A stretch of DNA of 64,000 bases from Blasia pusilla (Eukaryota), in contig CM114271.1 in NCBI GenBank assembly GCA_050084515.1, positions 5,084,001 through 5,148,000 on the forward strand. The letters run 5' to 3'. Of the stretch, positions 14,371-28,345 are shown piece by piece (positions within the stretch are counted from its first letter, which is position 1; each line of letters opens with the position of its first letter). The notes below the pieces were generated by a model. It saw only the letters and a program-made list of their open reading frames with translations. It had not been told where the DNA came from and searched no databases. A program made the position numbers and the translations under genes.

Positions 14371-17300
14371 AAGCCTTCAAAGCATTAGTTAGGGCAATAT
14401 GGTGCTTACATATATTAGACCTAGATTCCTTCATGTTGAGGGTGGGTTTGGCTCCACTTTTCCTTATTGTTTTTTTTAAGTGGTGTGTTTCACATCTCAT
14501 TTTCAATGTGGAGAGATCCATGCAATCATTGCAACGTCCTGCAATTATATGTTGTTTGCAAATCTCCCTAGCCACGAGATTGTTGTAAACTACCTTGCAA
14601 TTGTGAGTTGCAATACAATCGCAAAAAGTGACCCATATATCAGTCACAATCAATTTTCAAACCACAATTGTAAACCAAAAATGATGGACGTACACCCCCC
14701 TTCCACCCTCTTGTCCCTCAGTTATGACTTCTCACCCCATGATTAAGCCTTCTCTCTACTAGAGTTCTTCCCTCTTGATTTGACAAAGCCCTTACCATTC
14801 TATTTTTCTTTTCTTTTCTTTTCCTTCCATGGATGAAGGGAGAGACCCCTTCTAAAGTGGTTTCAAGAACCCATTGGAGGAGGATACATTTTTTTGGAGG
14901 AATAGTTAAGATGGGTGTTACTCGGACTGAGACTTCAAGGAGTGACCTCGATAAGATGTTGGATAGATGGTGGCACGTGCTATCCACAAATGCATGTTTG
15001 GACACTCATCCGAATGAGTTCCATTTTCACTATCTTTCCAGTGTTCCCATCAAAAATGTTTATCTACACGGGGATAAAGTGGCAAGGATGGGTGGCGGTG
15101 AGAGAGTACATGGTACAAATGTTCTTGTTGAGGCGATCGCAACACGTTTTATGGAGTAGTTGTATGCAAGATGTGGGGACGTGAGGACTCTCATGTTGAA
15201 GAGTTAAGGGACCCCATCTATAGATGAGGCAAAGAAGTTGCTTCACCTTGTTTGTAAAAAAATGTGTGAGAAACACATACCTATGGTAAACCTTTGGAGT
15301 GAAATGACCCAACCATGCATATCGTCATAGGATCCAAAACTTCAGTACATCCACGTTTCAAATGGCGCTCACATCTCTATGTAAATGATGGGCAAAATGA
15401 TGAATAGGTTAATCTCAAATTGCTGACACATAGTGATGTTGGTGGGGAGGAGGGCATTGAGGTCGACTCTTAAGAGAGTAGAGACAAGGGAGACATGGGT
15501 GTTGGAGATGCAAGCACCCAAAAATTGTGATATTCCTTTGTGGGCTGTAATTTTGCAGCGTGAGTCAACCCTTGTCAAAGATCCGCACAATTTGAGGGTT
15601 GATAAGAAGTAGATGGTGGAGGTGCAACATTCATCTCTCAAGTGTAATCAAGTCAAATGGGACATATTATTTTGGCTTGGACAGAGGAGATGCATTTTTC
15701 TATGCATTGTAATTAAGTATTCCTTATAGTATTTTCATATTATTTCAGAATACCAATGCAAGATAGACTTAGTTAGTGGAATTATATGCAATAAAAAATT
15801 CCTCATGTTGATGGGGAAAGCCCTCATGTAGACCTTTGGTTGGATCCAATTGTGGAATCCAACCCTTTTGGATGATGATGCCCCCTACAAGGAGGAGGAG
15901 GAGGAGAAGGAGGAGGAGCGGACGGGAGATGACAATATGCTTGAGAGGCACCTTATGGAGCAATTGGCTACCCTCAAATCGAGTAGGTCCTCTCGAGCAA
16001 CGTGCCCAACGGGGCTTTAGGGTATGTCTGTAATAGATACCAAAAAAATAGCTATTTTATTTAGTGGGGATCCTACTCGTGGGTAGTCGCGATTCTTGTT
16101 GCATATTATTGTATACTTTGGAAATATTTTTTTATATAAATGGAAATTTGCAAATTTTGCAAATTTTCAAATGTGGATATGAAATGTGACTTGTATTTTA
16201 TAAAATAAATAATATTATTAAAAAAGTTATACTATTAAAAATGAATTCATGGCTTCTATGCAATTGCTATGTGAGTGATAGTCGTATATCAATCACAAAT
16301 TTATGACTATATTAAGAGTACTTGATTGGTTTCATATGGCTTACTCACGGTTGTCATGCTACTTGTCATGAGTGTTTTGCAACTATTTTGCGACTTGTGA
16401 ATATAATAGAAAAAAATTGTAGAGCCGTGATGTAATTGCAAAGTTTGTTAAGTATTGCAAGAGTGCAAGTGTCTTGCGACTATAGTAAGAACGTAGAGCT
16501 AATGTTGTGTGGGAGAGGAGGCACTTTGTGATGAAGATTGTAGACACAAGCGTCAATCTAGGTTGGAGTAAAACAGAAGAAGATTGGTGAGCACATCTTC
16601 TTGCAGATAGGGATCGAGGATGATGCGTATCTCGTAGGATGGGGCCAATTATACCATATGGGAATCATTGAAGAGAGTTGAGGGAGATTTAGACTAAGAT
16701 TTTGGGATGATGTTGAAGAGAGTTCAATGTAATTTAGAGTTAGAGTTGATATTGAAAATTTTGTAACTCGACAACCAATACTTATAGTGTAGTTGTCTCT
16801 ACAACGATGGGCTTCTTCTTCTTGTATGTCTTGAGATCGATATACACTCTCCCCAAGTTAACACCTTGTTGGGAATAAAATGTTGTTAATGTCTAGGTCC
16901 ATCCCTTTGAAACTCTCTTATAATGTTTTTGCAATTCCAAGGTAAAGCCATGGAATCCATCCATATCCCTCAAAATGCAGGATCGTATTTTCCCTAATGG
17001 CAGTTGGAAAAATCACTCTAGTTATGCCTTTCTTATAGCTATGTTAAAGTCATTCTTAGAATTGACCCTTTGCCTCTTGGCACTATCGCTCAACTCCGCT
17101 CGATTATCTACTACCCCTTAAGTCTCAACCCCACTAAATACATCACTCGAAAGAGAAAGATAGGAAGATTTTATACACAAATAACAAAAGAAAAATGGAA
17201 CTAGGTATGTCCACTAGAAGAAATCATGAGTTATATGACTAGATTGAGTCATATATTATGGTAAACGACGAAGTATGACTCATTACCATTAGAGTCATAT

Positions 17301-17784
17301 AAACCAAGTCATTTAGATGTAATGACACTAAGATTATCGATACATTATATGACTTGAGTCATGAGGTAATGAATTATTTATGTATGACTGATGAGTCAAT
17401 ACATATATTGACACGTTGGCATCTTGAATGGCAATATGACTTCCATGTAGGACACTCCTAGCTTGACACGTGTAATGGCTAAGTCATAAAGGCCCATACC
17501 ATGATGACTAGGATGTCGATAAATAAATAATTGACCTAAACGTGTCTCCATACATATTTGACATGTGGATTAATTGCCTCATTTATATATTCCATGTCAC
17601 ATGATGACGAGGATTTTCACGGACAAACCACAAATGGCCACGTGGAGTTTTTCAAATTACTATGTGACACATGGAGGAAATTATAGAGCCATATGTGCAG
17701 ATGAGGAATTCCTTCAAATGTGTACTTTTCTAACACATATCCCTTGTTGTATAGTTGGTAAGTTGTAAAGTCATACGTATAATT

Positions 17785-17990
17785 CTTGTTAGTCATATAT
17801 ATAACTTTGTCAATCATATGCATGACTCTGGTAGTTACATGTATAACTTTTTCAGTCATATGCATGACTGTGGTTGTCATATGTATTACTTTGTCAGTCA
17901 TTTCCATGACTCTGGTAGGCATGGATATGAATATGACTAGAGTAATTTAATATGACTTTTTCAGTCACATGTTTATATATATCATGGTGG
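17785..17990. repeat. ~42-bp tandem repeat (about 4 units) in the CACTA subterminal region
   Basis: Repeated tttgtcagtcatatgcatgactctggtagt..atgtataact. Confidence 0.7.
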
Positions 17991-18078
17991 GGAGTCATAT
18001 GTGTGGTTATAAATTTTTTAATTGAAAACTACATGCATAAGATGTTTGACTTTCATAGTCATGAGAATAACTCAAATG

Positions 18079-19764
18079 TGTCGTGCGCATACACATCGCT
18101 ACACATCATACATGGTTGTCACCAAACACACACACAAACACGTACAATCCCATGTTAACTCATGGCATCCAAACAACGAGACAAGAAGTACCAAAATATC
18201 TCGAATTAAAGTAAGATCCGATCTCTCTCTACACAATCTCACACCATAGCTCTCAAAGGTGTGCACTCTCTCTCATGTCAAACCAAACCCACTCTCCTAA
18301 TGAGAGGCTTGGGTTACACTCACAAGGCAAGCGACCATAGCTCTGCCCCCTCATGCCAAGAGGTTCAATAAAGAGAGAATGAGCTCTCAAGCTCTCTGTC
18401 TGCGCATACATATCGCTACACAACATACATCGCTGGTCACATCTACACCACACAACATTGATCTTCCCCACACATGTACAAAAATCAACTCATACATATA
18501 CATGGAGATCACAAAAAAAAAGAGTAGTAAATACGGCACACCCGGCCTAAAACTCCACTCCTCAATCTACATCGACATATCGAGCCTCGTCCACCTTGTG
18601 CTATCAAGGAATCCGGACGCTAGCACCCTAGTCCTATCTCACACACATACAAGGGAGGTGCTCCAACGGCCCAACATGAGAAAGATGGCTTAGGAAAGCC
18701 ATCTTCCTCTCTTATATAGGGTTGGGAAGAGCCAAAAGGCTCTTCCCCTAAAAATAGCCCTCCCCTTGGTAACCTGCACGCACAAGTTACCAGGGGCGGG
18801 TGACCTGGTCAACAAGTCACCCGGCTGTAAAAGACCTCAACATGAAAGTTGACAGAAACGACGTTCTTGACACAATCAACCTATCCTCAACCTCATCCGA
18901 CACCGTGGGACAAAGTTACACTCAAGATAGTCCGCTGGCTCCTACGCCCTATCCACGATAGATCTCGGCTTATCGGCTACTCAGATGTGACATCTCTCTC
19001 CTTGGGATATATATACCCCTCCCCTCTCCCAAGCTCTCTCAATGGCAACCTATTCTCCCAAGTCACCTCCTTGGCTCTTCACATGATGTAGGAGGTCAAG
19101 GGTCACTTACCAAAAATAGAAAGACGATCATATACTCAAAATGGTACTTACCTAAAATAATAAGTTTCTCAATATGGCTCCAAATGAGCCAAAACGAATG
19201 GGAAACCTGCTCTCTCAGGTTTCCCGGGGCCTCAGCAGGTCATCCTTGACCTCCTAGCATGTCCTCCACTACTCTTGAAGACGCTCTACTAGATCTCACC
19301 GATCTATCCTAAAGGACGTGACAACTGTCGTGCGCATACACATCGCTACACAACATACATCGTTGTCACTGAACACACACACAAACACGCACAATCCCAT
19401 GCTAACTCATGGCATCCAAACAACGAGACAAGAAGTACCAAAATATCTCCAATCGGCCCTCTACCTGGTGGTTAGGTCCCTCTAACTCCAGATAGCCATC
19501 TATCCCTACCTACCATGACATATATCTCTCAGACTCTAAGAGCAAGAAGGCCGGGTGCTCGTGTGGCTCCATCGTTAGTCGCCTTCTTTTCATCCATGTC
19601 AGAGAAAAAGTCGGGATCGAATCCTCAATATGGCTCGAAATGAGCCAAAACGAAGGGAAACCTGCTCTCTCAGGTTTCCCGGGGCCTCAATAGGTCATCC
19701 TGTCCTCCACTACTCTTGAAGACGCTCTATTAGATCTGACCGATCTATCCTAAAGGACGTGACA
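18079..19764 (-). mobile_element. Internally deleted split-repeat retroelement (subfamily 1): partial A1-3'UTR-B1-A2-B2
   Basis: On the minus strand: A1 5' part 19625-19764, 3'UTR 19454-19624, B1 19326-19453, 2-bp spacer, A2 about 18208-19323, B2 18079 to about 18207. Perfect 4-bp TSD aatg at 18075-18078 and 19765-19768. Confidence 0.88.
18397..18992 (-). mobile_element. Solo A+B terminal unit, subfamily 2, nested in A2 of the 18079-19764 element
   Basis: TG...CA ends, perfect 4-bp TSD tctc. One terminus is homologous to the B end (tgcgcatac..atcgctacacaacatacatcg). Confidence 0.85.
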
Positions 19765-20559
19765 AATGGTACAATACATGACTTGAATAGTGGTTTGAAT
19801 GACTGAAAGTGTTATTAATAGTTTGTTTCTAAAAAATTACATTAGTCAATTTATGCTCCCCGTCCAAATCTTGGGGAATCAATTTTTGGATATGGCTACT
19901 CTGATCAACCTTCAAGAACAATTCATAAACCATAGAAATGTCTTTCCAGAGACAAAAAGAAAATAATTCATAATAATTTCCTCCTCATCAAACATAAGTT
20001 TTAGAACACTCCATAAATCTAAAGTTTGGAAAACATGGACAAAAAGAAAAAGAAAAAAGTTAATTGAATGTAAAACACGCATTAATGAACTACTTTCTTT
20101 AAGTTAAACTCTTACCAAATAATGATAGATCTAACTACAACTCCAAGTGTGTATTGGGAAGGGTTATTATTTGTATTCGACTCCAATAATTATTAATCGT
20201 GGTGGATGGTATCCCTAAGTTTTACTCTTACCATGCGAGGAGCAATTACAACCTCTTTCATATGGAACTTGCCTTGACCGCTCAAACATGAAACTACTCT
20301 TGATCCCAAGGCATTCCAACTAAGCTTTGGCTGCACAAGGTGAACTTTATCTCCCAACTTTAGCTACAAACATGCCAATTCACATAAAAAATTTAGATGG
20401 ATATGAACTCTCTTTCACAAGAATGTAGAATTTGAAACACTCATTGATTGCCTTTGTGAAGGTCCATCCACCAGCTGGAAAATACCATTCCCACCAGGTT
20501 GGGTATTAGAATTAAGATAGCATCCTTGCCGTATGATATTATCTTAATCATACCACCAG

Positions 20560-20678
20560 GGAGTTGTATAGAATGAGAAAGCAGAGGGAGGTTTAGGGTT
20601 TAGGGTCCTATATGGACAAGTCCTTCCATAGGATAAATGTAAGTCCACGGACATGGGCTTTGTCAACATGCAACCTTG
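20560..20678 (-). mobile_element. Truncated fragment of the hAT MITE family
   Basis: atgtaagtccacggacatgg...tgcaaccttg matches about 328-387. No TSD seen. Confidence 0.6.
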
Positions 20679-23600
20679 CTTATTTGAAATAAACATTTTT
20701 AGGAAGATTTCATAGTAACTACTTCCAAGTCCATTATATATATATATATGGAAAGTATGGTTTTCCAAGCAAGTCATTTGAACATGACATGGTCATTCCT
20801 TATCTTGGACATGAGGATTTTAGGTAAAATTTCCTATATTCGCTCTCATAGTCACTCCCTTATTAGATTTAAAAGTTGATGGGGAGATTTTAAAGAAATT
20901 ACATCAAAGTCCATAATAGGTTTGGGATATGCTAATATCTTATATACCAGCATGGTGGTTGCATATAATGGCCATAAAATCTCTATGATATCACTCCATA
21001 GATTTCTACGACATGGTGGACATAAAAATTGTCCTTTAAGTTGTTATTTGTAAACTCGGGTCTTTTTCAATGCTCCAATCATTTTTCTTACTCTTTACAA
21101 TAATCTTTCTTTCATCAAGATGTATGCGCTACCCATCTTGCATAGCACCTAGAATCTATTACCGTATTAGACATCTCCATATCAATCCTATATGTCATAT
21201 ACATAGATTTTCCCAAACAAAAGATCTTACTTGGATAAGCGTCATCCCCTTTATTTATGAAATCCAAGTTTCTCTTGATTGATATAGAACTTAATACGCA
21301 TTAGTGCGCTTTGAGTTGCAATCCTCTTGCCCTTGACCATACAATGTACAAAGTGTATGTTAAGGAAGTGTGCACTAGTATGATACCAATATCATGTCAA
21401 ATGATAATAAAATATGATAGTGGAAGCCTAATAGTAGTTGGATTGATCCTTTCAAGATAACCAATGGACATGAAAATCTAAAAGAAGGGGGAATGCACCC
21501 TTGTATGAGCTTGTATCCTTATTGGAGCAAGAGAGGATTTAAAAACCTCCAAATTACTCTCTCTATACAATATAATCGACTACAAAATGTGGGGCAAAAG
21601 ACTTCTCCAAACATTTATAAGATCCTTCCATGGAAGGATGGCACTATAAGGTACTGAATTACCCCACAATTTCAAATAAGATATATTTTACGTGCAAGAA
21701 AGCAATATAACAACATACCAAAAGCAAATTAAGGATTAAGGGTCCATAAAAATTCCCCAGCTTTAAGATACACAACATATAGAATGAAAGTAGGAAAGGT
21801 GTAAACAATTGTTTTATGTTAGAATTTGTTCTTAAAAACTCTCATAATTGAAGTAATAAATTGTCATCCACTTGAAAATAAATAATGGAATTTAGAGTAA
21901 TTAAAATTTGCTATTATAATTACATGATTTAAAATAAAATTTTCATGTCCCTAGTGTGAGTTGAAAATGGAAACGAAATTTTTTTTTTTAAATGATAACA
22001 AGGCATCTTAAATCGAACCCCTATCTTATGAGAAGTTTATGTTATAGATCTCAAGTCCTATCACCTCACTCCCCTACCATGTTTAATTGCTATAGAAAAT
22101 AAATCCATTATAAGGGACCAACTAATTAACTACTATGAAAACTTTCCATGGCATTCTACTTCTCCTCTACAATTTTGTTCTCTTTCACAGACAAGTTCCT
22201 AGCTCCTCTTTTATCCATGGAAACTACGAGCAATGGTTTCATTAATTTTTCTACTCACCAAAGAGAACCATGTCTCCAAATGAAAAAAATAGATGTAAAG
22301 AAAACCTGCCAAAAAATATTCAGAATGTATGATATGAGAAAAATTTATGTCCCATCATGATTGTGTTATTAATATTACTAGCAAATATGTGTGTCACGTA
22401 CGGGTTAAATAATGGGCTAGATAAAGATGGGTAATTTGAATACTCATCATTACCGTGATCCTCCTACTAGAAAGATCCATCCCAATCCCATACTTGAATA
22501 ACCTCCAAAATTGACCCTAACTGAATTAAGCTCTAAAGTCCGCTTTGTGCCCAAATTGACATGTGTCAAGATGTGATTGGTTGAAATTTCCACATGTGAA
22601 GCCTTTGAAAATCAAATGGGCATTTTGCAATAATAATACTTACCCTATGTTCTCCTTAGCGAGCAAGTTTTGAACTCCTCTTTTATTCATAGAATCTATG
22701 TAATTGTTTCATTTATTTATGTATTAAGATGAGAAAATCATGTTTTGGAATGAAAGCATTATACACGAAGGAAACCTACCCCAAAGTCTTCAAAATCTAC
22801 ATACTAATTGGAGGATGCTCCTCTATTTGACACCTGCCATTAGATTTCTAAAAAAATTATTTTTGGTCACAGATATTGGTACGGAGAATGAATTAGGGGA
22901 CGCAAAGATTTTATGAGCTCGTCATGATCTATTTTGACATTGGATAGGGTCTAATCATAAATTTCCAAATACTTTATATTTTTCTATTTTAAAAGAAAGT
23001 ATTCTACATATCAATGTTTTTCCTAAGTTTTGATGGTCGAATTGAGAATTCTTCAAATTTTCCAATTATGACGCTGTAGGAGTGAAAATTTATTACGGAT
23101 CGTTGCGATGCATTGATCCCTATTTAATTTTCCCTTCCCAACTGATTCTAGCGTGATCCCGTGCTATGCAAAAATGACAATCATTTATTAAAAGATTTTT
23201 TTTTGGTTAATTCTGTTATTACACGTTACATCATTGGAGGAAAAAAAATTTGAGATCAAACAATGGAAGAAGGGTTCTTCTTCTTCTTCTACTTAATCTA
23301 TATTATTAAAATAGGTCGGGGTTTCATAATCCTTTCTCTAATTACTACACATTTGCAATTTAGCTTCTTCTCCTCATAACACCACGTGTAATTTATACTA
23401 TAAGATTTGTAATCTACGTGTCCTCCGTGATGACACGTAGATTTTTCAACTCCTTCCCCTTAGGACACGTGTCTAAGGGAATTCGTTTTCGTTGGGTTTG
23501 AACGTTATTCACTCACAAGCACCGATTATTAAATTTTTAAATTAATTAGGATGTTTTCACTAGTAGGAAAAAAATTCGTCCCCTCACGATCGTGTTGTTA

Positions 23601-23929
23601 TTATCGGTAACTCGGTGGGTGGGTATTTTTTACATTCTCTGAACCAGATACTCGTGTAAAATGGTACAGTCGAGGTTCGAGTGTGGCAGTAATTGTAGTG
23701 TTTCAGAACTCGAGGACTTGATAAGTCAGAACACGTATGTGAGACAAGTTGAGGCTCACTACGGTGAGTAACTATTAATTAATTCATTAAGTGTGGCGTA
23801 AAAAGAGGGCCCTCTCCTGTTCACACCACGAATCCACGACGGGGCGCAAAATGATGGGTCATTGCGTTCTACTCAGAGAAGAGTCCAGAATACTAAAAGA
23901 TTAAAGCTAATCAATCATTTAGTTTAGAA

Positions 23930-25200
23930 TTCATAATCATACAAGCTATGATGGGCTAAAGCGTGTTACTTTATGAACTCGTGCACCGTTGCAATCCAAT
24001 GATAGAACAGAGGGCTTCTCATGAGTCCAGTGGAAATCATTAACGGCTAATTAAGTTTTTTAATTCTACCGAGCGGTGGCCTTCAGGTTTTCACTCTTTG
24101 AGTCCCCTCTTTTTAATTTCCTATGGGTTTTCCATCACTCGTTTTTATCGAAGTGCATCTTCACCGAGTGACACTGTGAAGGGAGAGGAGAGGAAAGTTT
24201 GAAAAAAAGGATGTAAGAATCACATAACAAATTATATTGTAAAGTTAATAAATAATGATTAATTCTCGAGTTTATATGATAGGAGAAGATGTTTATTACA
24301 TTTCCTAATCATACGATCTATCCGTGTTACTTTGTATCCTCGTGCACTATTCTCACCAATGATAGAAGATTACTCATCCCATTTAACCCTAAATTAATAA
24401 TTTAACTAACTAACTAACTAGTTAACTCGACGGAGTGAGTAACGAAGTTTACTATGTTTCCTAATCATGCGATCTATCCGTGTTAATTTATCGGTACTCG
24501 TGCACTATTGTTACCAACTCATTACTCATCTATTCCCTCCAAGTCATTGATTGATAGGGGAAGCGCCTCCATGTCCCTTAAACTCCACTTAAAATTGACC
24601 TTGTGAAAAAGACGAAAAGGAGAAGAAAAAGAAAACAAAGATAGGGGAGTTTATGCAAATGAGTGACTAATGATTAATTATAACAGTATATTTGATTTGC
24701 TAATCATATGATTTATCTATCCATTCTTCTCCTTGTGCGCGTGCACTATTCCTTGTAAATCCACTGGTGGAAAGGAAACCACTACCAATTAAATCGTTTT
24801 TTACTGGAGAATCGACCACCAAGAGATGTTGGAGGACATGGAAATATGGGGAAGAAAATTAGGTGAGTAATGATTACTTATCTAATTTCTCGATTATGAA
24901 AAAGATATTTACGGGATTTCCTCGTGATTAGAATTACTCTTTCACTATTCCTTACGAACCCAATGGTCGACGATAGGCCTCGTGTGCCATTTAAACTTAC
25001 TATTTAACTCCGCCGAGTGAAGATGAAAACGGGATTTTGAATGAAAGTATACATAAAGTAGGTGATAATGATTAACTTGAGAATTTCTGTTACGGAAAAC
25101 ATAATTAGGAGATTTCCTAATCAGTCGATCTATCCATTGCTTACCAACCCAATGCTAGAATCGACCTCCATGCCAATTAGATGGAACGAAGAGGAGAAGA
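23930..25200. repeat. Degenerate tandem repeat, about 6 units at irregular 150-370 bp spacing
   Basis: Recurring ctaatcat.cgatctatccgtgtta...ctcgtgcactatt...ccaatgatagaa at about 23935, 24305, 24460, 24700, 24920 and 25116. Confidence 0.65.
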
Positions 25201-28200
25201 AAGTTGGGGAGGGTAGATTAGTTAGGTGACTAATTGTAGCTTAATTAACTACCCCATTCCTCTGATGGGGAACTAATGTGGAAAATATGTATTTTTTTTT
25301 CATGTTTGACTCGGGCATAAATATGAGTTAGTACAGCCCATTGAAAGTACAAAAGAAGGGGATTCAGAGAGTCATTGCGTGTGAAAAAAGTAAACTTCCA
25401 CTGCATACAAATGTCAAATAATTTTGTTCAGTGAGTAACATGTAAAAATGAGTACCTTATCATTTGTTTGGAAATAGGAAAGAGTTCAGAGGCATTTTTT
25501 AAATGAAGAAAATTTCATCTCTTAAAGCAAGTGTTCACTTACCATAGATGAACCTCCAATATGGATGTTAAAATTAATCCAAATTATTACTACTTACTAA
25601 AAAAATGTTTCAAAACTGAAGAAGATAAGAAATTTGTTGAACTACATAACGTTTCAATCCGAAAGGAAAGAAAAATCCGTTTTAAGCCGGAAGCTATATA
25701 GATAGGTTTGAAAGACGCTTTATGCTATCCTCTCCCAAAAAGGTATTTCTTGTTATGCCACTACTTTAATTTCACCCAGCCATGATCCCATGACCTCCTA
25801 AGTAACAGGAAAATTAGAATGAAAACGACGTGAGTGCTTGTAGCAACGCAGGTAGCGGATAAATCGTACGCCACATAATGCGAAAACAAAATCCACCATA
25901 ACCAACGTAACAAAACGAAAAGATGTCACCCCTTCTTTTGGACGAAAACATCGTACATTAAACGTACCAGTTCAATTACCCCAACCAAATAACTACATTA
26001 GTAGGAATTGTCGATGGATCTTGGACTTGATTTATTCGTGTGTATCACCACTCCACCAAGAGTAATATGTCTGGTTTGGCCAAATGATATTTTAGTAATG
26101 CGTCAGTTTTGGCCAAATGACTTTTTTCAGAAAATGAAAAAGAAAATCTTAGAGAAAGAGGATTAAATGATATAACATTTCGACCCGTAACCCAGATCTT
26201 GCCTCCTACATGAGCGGAACGCCATGTTCAAATGTGAACCTCCAAGGATGGTGGGGCGAGCTACGTGGCAGCACGCAGAAAAGTCCGTTAACTATGTCCA
26301 GACTAGCGATGCTTGAGTCCGAACTGGCGATCGCTAGGTCCAGCTACCTTAGAGTAGGAGGACGGGACCCCGCACGCGGAATGAGGAAGCCAGATTTTCA
26401 GACTCAGATTTAGAGGAAGCCCTACGTGTGGCCGAACCTAGTTGCCCGCCTTTCAATAACTACAACGGAATTCCGCGCCTTCGCGGGGCTGTAGTTGTAT
26501 TTATCCTGCGGGAACACATGATGAGTGGTAACGGATTCGTTAAAATTACGGGTACCGGTCAACTGAATCGTGTGGAACGGGAGAAGCAGCGATTTGCTCG
26601 TGGAAAATGGGGGCCGAGGAAGCGAAGGCGAAGAGGATGGGGGGAGGGTCGTGGGGTGTTGGTGTTTTCGAGACGATTTGCGCGGGGAAAGGACGATGAT
26701 GATTGAGGAATTTGATGGGGGGTAGGTAGGACGCGAAAAAGGAAGTCGGGAGGAAAGAAGCAGATAACTACTGTTCAGCAGGTGTCGTAGAGGTTTTCGT
26801 TATTCGAGACGATGTGGAGTAAGTAAGAGGAGTCGACTGTCTTGTACAGCAAGATCCGTGCGAAGAGACTGCGTTGCAGTCGGGGACTCTGGGAGGGAAC
26901 GAATAGGCGTTTGAATTATTGGAATGTTTAGAATGCGAGAAGAGGAGACCCCGCGAAGAACGGTGAGAAGAGAAGCGAAGAGAAGAGAAGAGAAGAGAGT
27001 AACGAGCGCCCCTGAGATTGGGAATCTGGGAGGTGCTAGCGTAATCTACCGCAGTTGGAGTGGGATGACTGCCGAGCCGCAGGGTAGAGAGAGACTGTTG
27101 TAGGATCACCAGGCCATTGAGAGCCGCTTGGAACTCAATATCTGCGACCGCGTTGGCCTGGCGAGCGAACAAGAGCTGGATTAATGGCTAGGTAGGTAGG
27201 CAGTTGCGGAGAGAGGCACAGCACGAACGACATTGAACATAACTATTGTCGTAAGCGGTGATGTGAGCATTCCAGCGGATAAGCCGCTTGTGATGGCGAC
27301 CATCGGCTGCGTCGACCTATGTCCTTGTTCTCGTAGTTGTCACGTTCATGACCAGACTTACGAGGCGCTGCCGTCGTGATCTTAGATGTTTTGCCTCGGG
27401 CTTGACACACACATCATAGTAAGATGAGATCTTTTTCTTCTTGCCTTCATCCGTTCTAGCTAGCGAGAGAGAGAAAGAGAGAGTTGAACATTCGAGTTCT
27501 TGAGGCGTCTTACCATTTAAAAATCGAGAGAGATACAGAGAAGTGGGGCGGCTGAAAAGGCTTTCGGAGAACCTTTAATAGGTTTGTTGATCATCGAATG
27601 AGGAAGTAGAGGATCCGGCGGAAGTTACCAGAGTAATTGTCTATCATTTCCCCACAGAAGTTGGGAATTGCGAGATCCACAGCAGATTCGTGCAAGTTCA
27701 AGCTGGCCTGGTCCAATGCTAGCGTGCCTGGTTTGCAAACAGTCAGGGAACGATGTGGGGGACGTTCCACACGATAGCGCAGCAAAAGGCATCACCTCCA
27801 AACACGGCATCAGGCTCTTCACTTTTCAGGTTTGTTCGTAGTGCACATGGAGAATTGAAGTTAAGAAGAATCAGAAGACTATCCGACACATTCAATACTA
27901 TGAGTAGTGGAAACCGGGTGTCAAATTTACGGAGACAGGAATATGTTCGAAAGGTCATGTCAGACAATTGGAGGGCCGCCATGGAGAAAGCTTAGCTGGT
28001 GGTCCGTCAATCACCGATGTATAGCCACTTGAGCCATTTGTTTATCTGCAAGATTTTTGTCTTTTCCTAAATTTGTCCACTTGGCCGAAGGGAATACATT
28101 TGAATTCTGTCTGAAGTTATATTTTGACATTCGTCAGTTTGAATATCCAAGCCAGTCGTGGAGTATCAGATTCCTCAAAGCAAGTTTGTACAGATACCGT

Positions 28201-28293
28201 CTTCTTCAAACGATTGAAATACGTGAGCTTGCAGAACAGAGTCGTGCGAACGCCGTCTCTCTACTTCTTCCTCACAGCTAGCTCTGTACTGAT

Positions 28294-28294
<1 letters not shown>

Positions 28295-28343
<49 letters not shown>

Positions 28344-28345
28344 GA
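28295..28345 (+). repeat. (GA)n microsatellite immediately 5' of the putative BRX-like start codon
   Basis: About 25 GA units, seen directly. Confidence 0.95.

Larger units (their letters stand above)
17212..19830. mobile_element. CACTA (En/Spm) element end with subterminal repeats, interrupted by the 18079-19764 insertion
   Basis: CACTAGAAGAAA at 17212, then dense ATGACT/AGTCAT motifs in both orientations that resume after 19768. Second TIR not found. Confidence 0.6.

Noticed and set aside
14833-15700. Possible third methyltransferase (IHFFGGI resembles motif I)
   Set aside because: No PC, ENV or other motifs follow in the frames I read. Unassigned decayed sequence.
26210-28281. Short ORFs upstream of the BRX-like gene
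   Set aside because: No recognisable domains. More consistent with promoter, 5'UTR or intron sequence.
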